NCBI GenBank assembly: GCA_964576835.1
Contig: CAZNXK010000006.1
Span: 1 to 49,916 of the forward strand
Reading direction: 5' to 3'
Length of the DNA stretch: 49,916 nucleotides
From: an uncultured Treponemataceae bacterium
GTDB taxonomy: Bacteria > Spirochaetota > Spirochaetia > Treponematales > UBA12059
A model generated the notes under the pieces. That model saw only the letters and a list, made by a program, of their open reading frames with translations, was not told the origin of the DNA and did not search any database. Shown here piece after piece: positions 1-7,173 of this stretch; the stretch's first letter is position 1, and each line of letters opens with the position of its first letter. Made by a program: the position numbers and the translations under genes.

Positions 1-2
1 GA

Positions 3-1148
3 TCTTCGGACGCGGTGGAAGCGCTCGGGCGGGGACTTGTCGGAATGGCCGCGGGCATCGTGGAAGCGCTCGGGACACTCGGCCTGGTTGTCGTCGGCGA
101 TGACGGTCTGGTTCGCACCACGACTGCGGCGGCAGACGTATTTTCGCTGAAACCACCGGTAACGAAGTCCATCGTCGTCGAGGAATCGCATGAGATACGC
201 ATCCTTCCCGAAGCCTCCCGGGCCGCGAGGGCCTTCGTCGCGTCGATCGCGAGGATGGAAAACGCCGGCCTTGTATGGTCGGCCACCCTCGATAGAAGCT
301 CGGCCAAGACCGCCTACGCCTTCGGTTTCACCGCCGGTGAAATAGAAACCCGTCTTGAGGAACTCTCCGGCATTCCGCTCCCGCAAAGCGTGCGGTTTTC
401 CCTCGAAGCATGGGAATCCGAGTCCATGTCAGCCCGGGTCAGGGTAGGCGTCGTCGTCGTACTCGATGGCCACCTGTCCGGCGTGATAGAGCACTCGCCA
501 AAAGCGGCCGGGCTCGTGGCCGAGCGGCTGGCCGACGGCGTATACATGCTCGCGGCGCGGGACGCGGCAGACGCCGAACGTCTTCTCAAGGCCGCGGGTA
601 TCGACGTGGACATGCGGCCATCACCGACCGATGACGATACCGCCGTCCGGGCGCTGTGGACCCAGGCGAACGCTGCGCTCGCCGATGGCGGAAACGGCCT
701 GCCGCTTGCGTTTCTGCCGGCAAGCGCTACACTCGTACCTGAGGAATCGCCTCTAGTCGTGCGCCTTCTCGCGGCCCTCGACGGCATGAACCCTTCACCC
801 GATGAACGGGCGGATCTCGAGGACAGGATCAGGGCCCGCCTTGTCCTGGACGAAAGCCATCTGAGTACCGCGAGGCCGACCGACGATGGATCGGTCGCAG
901 GCGCGATGGATTATCCGGGCAAGCTGCGGCTGATGGAACGGGCGATGAAGGACGGAGCGGCCGTCGAAATTGCCTGGATCGACGAATCGGGCAAGCCGGC
1001 AAGAGCAACCGGCATTCCTCGGGAAATCCGCAGGACGCCAAGCGGCACCGTCGTCGCGCTTTCCACCGGAGGCGGCGAACAGGTCGTCGTCGCCGTTAGC
1101 GCGATAGGAAAGGCGCACCGGTTGAGAAACATGATGTTTGGAGCATGA
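3..1148 (+). CDS. Helicase-associated (Helicase_C_3/XPB-partner-like) domain protein with C-terminal WYL-like region; 5' end lies outside the window
   Basis: Frame is open from the window start. The segment TLDRSSAKTAYAFGFTAGEIETRLEELSGIPLPQSVRFSLEAWE resembles Helicase_C_3; the C-terminal LRLMERAMKDGAAVEIAWID resembles the start of a WYL domain. Confidence 0.65.
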   Translation, partial: SSDAVEALGRGLVGMAAGIVEALGTLGLVVVGDDGLVRTTTAAADVFSLKPPVTKSIVVEESHEIRILPEASRAARAFVASIARMENAGLVWSATLDRSSAKTAYAFGFTAGEIETRLEELSGIPLPQSVRFSLEAWESESMSARVRVGVVVVLDGHLSGVIEHSPKAAGLVAERLADGVYMLAARDAADAERLLKAAGIDVDMRPSPTDDDTAVRALWTQANAALADGGNGLPLAFLPASATLVPEESPLVVRLLAALDGMNPSPDERADLEDRIRARLVLDESHLSTARPTDDGSVAGAMDYPGKLRLMERAMKDGAAVEIAWIDESGKPARATGIPREIRRTPSGTVVALSTGGGEQVVVAVSAIGKAHRLRNMMFGA

Positions 1149-1149
1149 A

Positions 1150-1923
1150 ATGAGCATGAAGACGAATTATGACGCTGGCCAGCTGAAGCTGGCAGTACTG
1201 ATCGACGCCGACAACACACAGGCGCCGATAACCGAGGGACTACTCGCCGAGGTCGCCAAATACGGCGTCGCGAGCGTCAAGCGCATCTACGGGGACTGGA
1301 CTACGAACAACCTCAAGCACTGGAAGGAACGGCTGCTCGAATATGCCATCCAGCCAATCCAGCAGTTTTCATACACCACCGGCAAGAACGCCACCGACAG
1401 CGCGATGATAATAGACGCAATGGACCTCTTGTACACGGAAAAGCTCGACGGTTTCTGCATCGTATCGAGCGATTCCGATTTCACGAGGCTTGCCGCGCGC
1501 ATGCGCGAGGCCGGCAAGCTGGTCCTCGGTTTCGGCGAACGGAAAACCCCCAAGCCATTCGTGGCTGCCTGCGACAAGTTCATCTACACCGAGATCCTGC
1601 GCGAGCCGGCCGAGGAAGAGACCTTGTCCAAGGACGAGCCGAAACGGAAGCCGGCGGCGACCCAGGACCTGAAGATAGACAAGAAGCTTCGTGCCCTGCT
1701 GATAGCCGCGGTCGAGGATTCGGCAGACGAATCAGGCTGGGCTTACCTCGGGCCGGTCGGGCAGTACGTCGCCAACCGCCAGCCAGACTTCGACCCCCGC
1801 AACTACGGCTTCCGAAAGCTGGCGGACCTCATCAAGTCGTGCGGCTGGTTCGACGTGGAGGAACGCGCGAGCCCGACCGATACCGGCAAGCAGATATACA
1901 TCCGCAAGCGCCAGGGCCGCTAG
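1150..1923 (+). CDS. NYN (LabA/DUF88, PIN-like) domain protein with C-terminal OST-HTH/LOTUS domain
   Basis: Motifs LAVLIDADN, RIYGDW, GKNATDSAMIIDAMD, VSSDSDF and C-terminal PDFDPRNYGFRKL. GGAG precedes the ATG at 1150. Confidence 0.92.
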   Translation: MSMKTNYDAGQLKLAVLIDADNTQAPITEGLLAEVAKYGVASVKRIYGDWTTNNLKHWKERLLEYAIQPIQQFSYTTGKNATDSAMIIDAMDLLYTEKLDGFCIVSSDSDFTRLAARMREAGKLVLGFGERKTPKPFVAACDKFIYTEILREPAEEETLSKDEPKRKPAATQDLKIDKKLRALLIAAVEDSADESGWAYLGPVGQYVANRQPDFDPRNYGFRKLADLIKSCGWFDVEERASPTDTGKQIYIRKRQGR

Positions 1924-2155
1924 GAGCCTGTCGGACTTAGGACAACGAGATGAAGTTAGCAGACAAGAAGTGAAAAAAATGGTCAAGATGTCTAAGAATG
2001 TTAGCTCATTTGACGTTTCTTGGCCCATCTCGGCGCCCCGTGGCGCAAAATCAGCTCGTCAATCGGGCCATACGGGCAGTATGGCCCTCAATCCTCGCTA
2101 ATTTTTCACTCACGGCTCGCCTTCGCTGGGTCAAGATCCTAAGTCCGACAGGCTC
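1924..2155. mobile_element. MITE-like non-autonomous element, 232 bp, perfect 19-bp terminal inverted repeats, flanked by CTAG on both sides
   Basis: GAGCCTGTCGGACTTAGGA (1924-1942) is the exact reverse complement of 2137-2155. CTAG lies at 1920-1923 and 2156-2159. Internal hairpin at 2065-2087, no transposase ORF, and a second copy starts at 49743. Confidence 0.85.
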
Positions 2156-2175
2156 CTAGCCAGAAGTCAGGGCGG

Positions 2176-4140
2176 TCAGTAGAAGACGGGCACCAGGTCG
2201 ACGACGACCAAATCCAGGAAGCCGAGGTCCAGCTCTATTGACTTCCTGGCCTCGATGCCGATGCCGACAGCGTCAGGAAGCCTGTAGGCGCGGCCTTCAA
2301 GATCTCCCCATGCAGGGTCAAGCGGGATGGACAGCCTTCCGGGAGCGTAGCCCTCAGCGGTCTCCAGCGACACGGCTACGGCCACGAGCCGCGACCGTCC
2401 TTTCCCGCTGACCCGCCACCAGGCGTAGCCATCCTCCACCCTGCGGTCGACTATGGCCCCGGCGTCGAGGAATGGCCGCAGGCGGGCATAGAGGCGCTCT
2501 ATCGACGCATAGCCGGCGGCAAATCCTGCATCGTCGGCCCAGTCCAGCCCTCGTATCGAAAACCCCGCCTCGTACAGTCCCGTCGACCCGTCCTGGAATC
2601 CCATGGTCTCGAACATCGGCCGCCGGGCCTTGCCCACCGACAGGAATCGGGCCATGCCGTGCCGCAGGCGCATCCGATCGGAACCCATCACCTTGGACAG
2701 GGCCGACCCCCACAGCCGCGGAGCACCGGACTCGGGCACGTCGACGGCGAAGCATACCGATGCCGGCCGCTTTCCCCGGGCGCGTCCGGCGAGCGCATCG
2801 TGGATGGCGAACGAATCCCTGACGAGCGGTGCGTCGATGCGCCTCAGCACTTCGTTGCCCATCGTCAGGTCGAAGCCAAGGGCCGTGTAGCGTTCGACCT
2901 CGGAACCCTTCCTCGCCGCTATCGCGCCGGTACCGGCCGCGCCTTCCCTCGATGCCAGGATCGCCTCGGTGACCACTTCCGGTGTCGGCCGGTCCGAAGC
3001 CGGGATCAGCCCTTCCTCGTCCATGGCTTCATCGAATACCCGGTCAACCGCGTTGTAGCGCACGAAGTCGAAGCCGAACGAATCGCGCCAGTACGAAAAG
3101 ACGTGGGCGTAATAATCGATAGCGTCGGCATTGCGCGGCACCCTGCCCGCGGGCGAGGCGTTGGGCGGAACGTCGTCGTAGAAGGCGAAAGGCGCGACGA
3201 CACCGTACGCGTCCTCGCCTATGTCGAGTCCGTCGACATCGCGGTACGAGAACACTGGAAAGTCGCCGGAGCCGTCGTATCGGAGGAAGGCCGGTATTCC
3301 GACGCCGTGCCTCGCGTGGGCCGGTACCGGCCACAGTCCATGGTCGACGCAAAGCCTTATGGCCCCATAGTACGCTTTATCCTTGGCGGCGGATACCGCC
3401 GGAGAGTCGTCTTCATGCTTTCTGAAGGTGGAGATTCCGTAGTCCTCCCTGGCGGCGGCCGCCATGGTGGCAACGCGGTCGGAGTCGCGGAGCCTGTCGC
3501 CGGCGCGGTAAGGAAAAGCCGGGTCGGCGTGCTCCAGATCGGACCTTTCGTCGTCGAGCGCCACCCAGCGGAACAGGCCAGGCCGCTCCATGGCGATGCG
3601 GCTGAACTGGGCGGCGTAGGGCAGGAGCTCATAACCGACGCTCTTGTCGAGGAGCCCGCAGGCGGCAACGAAGGCCCGGAGCTGGTTGGCCGCACTGATG
3701 CCCGCCGCCGACAGCGCGGGGTCGGAGAGCGCCGGGTCGACTATCGTCATGGTTTCGGGCGCGTATGTCAGGTCGAATTGTATCGGATGAAACGGCGCCA
3801 GCAGGATGGAGTCCGACGCGATGCCGGGCAGGAGTTTCGATGCGCGGACGAACGAGCCTGGCCGCGCGTCGATCGCGCAGGCTCTGACGTTGATCCAGCA
3901 GATGTCCGAATGGAGCAGCCAGGAAGAATCAGCTCTCCTGGAACGAGGTACGGCGGGGGATCGGGACGATTCGAGGCTCGCGTAGAACGAGGCTATGGCC
4001 CCGTCGCTCGCCCTGAGCAGCGAAGTCTGGGTTCTGGCCAGGGGGCTGCCTTCACGCAACTCCGCCGCGATCCGGGCTGCTAATTCCCTGTCGGCTGCAT
4101 CGGGCGACAGGGCCCGCTCTATTTCGCTCCAGATTGACAT
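2176..4140 (-). CDS. Alpha-amylase (GH13)-fold protein, probably catalytically inactive
   Basis: GH13-like pattern SILLAPFHP...YAP...VDP, VGYELLP, YWRDSFGFDFVRYNAVD. The nucleophile position reads Asn. Confidence 0.65.
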   Translation of the reverse strand: MSIWSEIERALSPDAADRELAARIAAELREGSPLARTQTSLLRASDGAIASFYASLESSRSPAVPRSRRADSSWLLHSDICWINVRACAIDARPGSFVRASKLLPGIASDSILLAPFHPIQFDLTYAPETMTIVDPALSDPALSAAGISAANQLRAFVAACGLLDKSVGYELLPYAAQFSRIAMERPGLFRWVALDDERSDLEHADPAFPYRAGDRLRDSDRVATMAAAAREDYGISTFRKHEDDSPAVSAAKDKAYYGAIRLCVDHGLWPVPAHARHGVGIPAFLRYDGSGDFPVFSYRDVDGLDIGEDAYGVVAPFAFYDDVPPNASPAGRVPRNADAIDYYAHVFSYWRDSFGFDFVRYNAVDRVFDEAMDEEGLIPASDRPTPEVVTEAILASREGAAGTGAIAARKGSEVERYTALGFDLTMGNEVLRRIDAPLVRDSFAIHDALAGRARGKRPASVCFAVDVPESGAPRLWGSALSKVMGSDRMRLRHGMARFLSVGKARRPMFETMGFQDGSTGLYEAGFSIRGLDWADDAGFAAGYASIERLYARLRPFLDAGAIVDRRVEDGYAWWRVSGKGRSRLVAVAVSLETAEGYAPGRLSIPLDPAWGDLEGRAYRLPDAVGIGIEARKSIELDLGFLDLVVVDLVPVFY

Positions 4141-4147
4141 GCGGCTA

Positions 4148-5206
4148 CTATAATGTCCCTGAGCCTGTCCTGTGAAGCGTATCGCCCCGCCGCTTTCCGT
4201 CGCTGTCGCGGTACGGGTTCCTCGAATTCTTCAGATAGGTCTTGTACGCGGCGCATGCATCGTAATAGCCGTCGGGACCGCGGAAAGTCGAAAGCTCGTC
4301 GCAGCGGTACAGCTCCAGGAGGACAGGAAACAGCGGATCATCGAGCACGCGGCCAATGCTCGACGGTGGAACCCGCGGCAGGGCAGCCGGCAGCATGTGG
4401 TAGCGCACAAGGAAGGCTACCGAGTCGATGTCGGCCCGGGAATACCCGAGCCGCCCCAGAAAGGCGCGGGCGGCAAGTTCTCCAAGCTCTGAATGGCCGT
4501 TGAAACGGTTGCCGCCCTGGGAAACCGCCTCGGGCTTGCCGGTATCGTGGAGGAGGAGACCGAGCGACAGGACAAGATCGGGCGACTTCCGGTGGCTGAA
4601 CGTCTCCATCGTATGCTTCCATGCGTCGCCCTCGGGGTGGTAATCCTTGGCATGGGTCACGCCCGACAGATCCGCCAATTCGGGCCAGTATTCGGAGACG
4701 AAACCGGAAGCGGCCAGGAGCTCCAGGCCCTTGTCGGGCCTCGCGCCCGTCACGACGAGTTCCAGCAGGTCCCGCTGATAGAGGGCTGGAAGCCCCGATG
4801 GCGCTCTCGGTATGCGGCGGGGATCGGGATCGTAGGGGTAGCGAGAGGCAAGTACGGCAGCCTCGAAAAGGACCAGATCAGGGGGAGCGTCGCCGGGTAC
4901 TGGATTCGTGTCACGCAGGCTCTCGTAGACGCCACAGCGCGCGTCGAACGCGTTCTTTCCGGCAAGCCGCGCAAGCCTCGTCTGGGGATACGCCGCCTGG
5001 GTACCGCCATCAGCGCAACGGTACCGTACGCGCGCGCCGTCGCTGCGCGCGCTGTCTACTATGGCGTCAGTGTAGGGCAGCCCCGGGAAAGAAAGACCGT
5101 CGATCGCCTTTGCCATCCCGACGAGGTCGCCTTCGAAGCGTTCGAAACGTACCGGTGCTGGACCGACGCCAAAATACCCGTCGAGCGCGGTGAACGAGCA
5201 ATCCAC
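4148..5206 (-). CDS. HD-domain phosphohydrolase related to the C-terminal part of CCA-adding enzymes/poly(A) polymerases
   Basis: YHPEGDAWKHT, LLHDTGKP, GHSELG, LVRYHM. GGAGG lies upstream of the GTG start. Confidence 0.8.
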   Translation of the reverse strand: MDCSFTALDGYFGVGPAPVRFERFEGDLVGMAKAIDGLSFPGLPYTDAIVDSARSDGARVRYRCADGGTQAAYPQTRLARLAGKNAFDARCGVYESLRDTNPVPGDAPPDLVLFEAAVLASRYPYDPDPRRIPRAPSGLPALYQRDLLELVVTGARPDKGLELLAASGFVSEYWPELADLSGVTHAKDYHPEGDAWKHTMETFSHRKSPDLVLSLGLLLHDTGKPEAVSQGGNRFNGHSELGELAARAFLGRLGYSRADIDSVAFLVRYHMLPAALPRVPPSSIGRVLDDPLFPVLLELYRCDELSTFRGPDGYYDACAAYKTYLKNSRNPYRDSDGKRRGDTLHRTGSGTL

Positions 5207-5247
5207 GGAGACCTCCGTCCGGAATACACTGGAAAGGGAGCGGGAAA

Positions 5248-5544
5248 CTAGCGGACGAGCGGATCGGAGGCTTCGTACAGCTCATCCGCCGCAGGGAGGG
5301 ATACGCGCAGGTCGCGCAGGAATTCGGGGCCGTCGCCCATGTCTTCGTAGCTGTCGCAACTGTCGATGCTTCGGCGAGCCACCGTACAGTATTTGTAGAG
5401 CTTCTCTTCGCCGAGCTTCTTCCGCCACATGCCGGCATCGCAGCGGACTCTAAGGTAATAACGGCCGGCGCCCGCGGGAGCGGGCACGAGCTTGCAATGG
5501 ATGCAGTTCGCGCAATGGATTTTTGTCTCGCGTTCGGCTTCCAT
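5248..5544 (-). CDS. Small Cys-rich hypothetical protein (CxxCxHC...C...C...C), likely metal-binding
   Basis: 3' part of the 5248..5880 ORF: HCANCIHCK, RVRC, YKYC, DSC. AAAGGTGG RBS upstream; the start could also be 5550. Confidence 0.7.
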   Translation of the reverse strand: MEAERETKIHCANCIHCKLVPAPAGAGRYYLRVRCDAGMWRKKLGEEKLYKYCTVARRSIDSCDSYEDMGDGPEFLRDLRVSLPAADELYEASDPLVR

Positions 5545-5647
5545 GTACATTGCCACCTTTCGCTGCTCCATAGTATATAATGATGCACACGCGGTCAAGG
5601 CGCGTCTGGCTTGCCCAGGTCCCACATGCTTAGCATCGGAGAAAAAC

Positions 5648-6400
5648 ATGATAGCGACGATCATCAACGCATTGGCGATACTCCTGGGGACCGCCATCGG
5701 CCTGCTCGCCAGGAAGGGCTTTTCCGAACGGGCGACAGAAGCCGTCCACAACGCAACCGGCGTCATTTCCCTCGTCATAGGCTTCAGCATGGCCATCAGG
5801 ACCGAACACGTGCTCGCCTTTGCCCTGAGCATCATCGCCGGGGGACTGCTGGGAACCGCAATCAATATAGAGGGAGCCATCTACCGGCTGGGAGAGTGGC
5901 TTCGGGTGCGCTTCTCCCCTCGTCATACCGCGGCCGTGGCCACTTCCACGCCAGAAGCAGCCGGCGTTCAGTCCGTGGACGAGTCCAGGGGCTTTGCCTA
6001 CGGCTTCCTGAACGCCTCGGTACTGTTCTGCGTCGGGGCCATGGCACTTGTGGGCTCGTTCAAAGCCGGCGCCGAGGGCGATTACGACCTGATACTCACG
6101 AAAAGCGTGATGGACGGCGTCATCGCTATCATCTTCGCGGGGGCGATGGGGGCAGGTGTGGGTTTTTCGGCGATCTCGGTGCTCCTGTACCAGGGAATCC
6201 TTACCTTGGCAGCCACCTGGGTCAAGCCTTTCGTCACCCCGCCGATGATCGCCGAGCTGTCCGCCGTCGGAGGCGCGCTGGTCGTGATGATAGGAATAAA
6301 CCTCATGGGCCTCAAGAAGATCCGCACCGGAGACTTCCTTCCGGCGCTTGCCATAATCGTTGCGCTGTCTGCGTTGTTCAGGTATATTCCTGTTCTATGA
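5648..6400 (+). CDS. DUF554 (YqgA-like) membrane protein
   Basis: MIATIINALAILLG, ASVLFCVGAMALVGS, KSVMDG, YQGILT. GGAGA RBS before ATG 5648. Confidence 0.9.
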   Translation: MIATIINALAILLGTAIGLLARKGFSERATEAVHNATGVISLVIGFSMAIRTEHVLAFALSIIAGGLLGTAINIEGAIYRLGEWLRVRFSPRHTAAVATSTPEAAGVQSVDESRGFAYGFLNASVLFCVGAMALVGSFKAGAEGDYDLILTKSVMDGVIAIIFAGAMGAGVGFSAISVLLYQGILTLAATWVKPFVTPPMIAELSAVGGALVVMIGINLMGLKKIRTGDFLPALAIIVALSALFRYIPVL

Positions 6401-6430
6401 GCAGGCGCTCTTTGCCAGCGGGGAGAATAT

Positions 6431-7159
6431 GTGGCTGATTCCATAATCTTGATCGTCGAGGATGAATCGCTCGTTGGCATGGAACTCAAGGAGACGCTCG
6501 AGCGCTACGGCTATCATGTGCCCCCTTTGATAAAAAAAGGCGAAGATGTACCAGAGGCGATAATCGTCCATAAACCCGACCTCATACTCATGGACATTAA
6601 ACTCAAGGGTTTCCAGGACGGCATCGAGACGGCATATATGGTCGGTGGCGAATTCGAGGTGCCATTCGTCTTCTTGTCCGCATATTCCGACGACGAGACG
6701 CTCGCCCGCGCGCTCGGCACCCGCGCATACGGCTACCTGGTCAAACCATTCGACGAGAAGACGCTCCGCACGACGATAGAGCTGGCCCTCCGCCGCTCCA
6801 GGGAATTCCACGATCGGGATCATGACGACTGGTACCGGGGCATTCTCGAACGCTTCCCGCATCCCGTGTTCCTGACGGATGTCTACGGCCGCATTACCTT
6901 CGAAAACGCCGCCGCCAAATCGAAGTTCAACTCGACCGACTCAGGCAAGGTCGGTACCGCCCTTCACCTGCTGTTCGACGATCCGTCATCGATGACCGAC
7001 CTGCTGGCCGCGGCCGGTTCGCTCGACCTCGCAACCCCCGCCGTGCGTAAAACCATGAAGCGCAAGCATGAGCCGGAACAGTTTTCGCTCGAGGCGGCAC
7101 CCATCCGCGATGACGAAAACCGCGTCTGCGGTTTCGTCATGCTGACAGGATGCACGTGA
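6431..7159 (+). CDS. Response regulator receiver domain fused to a PAS domain
   Basis: ILIVEDE, PDLILMDI, FLSAYSD, YLVKPF, followed by PAS-like PVFLTDVYGRITFENAAA and PIRDDENRVCGFVM. Confidence 0.88.
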   Translation: MADSIILIVEDESLVGMELKETLERYGYHVPPLIKKGEDVPEAIIVHKPDLILMDIKLKGFQDGIETAYMVGGEFEVPFVFLSAYSDDETLARALGTRAYGYLVKPFDEKTLRTTIELALRRSREFHDRDHDDWYRGILERFPHPVFLTDVYGRITFENAAAKSKFNSTDSGKVGTALHLLFDDPSSMTDLLAAAGSLDLATPAVRKTMKRKHEPEQFSLEAAPIRDDENRVCGFVMLTGCT

Positions 7160-7173
7160 AACGGGTCCGCGTC

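Noticed and set aside
2659-4083. Long antisense/alternate-frame ORFs (e.g. 2659-4083, 7798-9252, 32250-33506, 36727-38175)
   Set aside because: Shadow ORFs of well-supported genes in high-GC DNA; no recognisable motifs.
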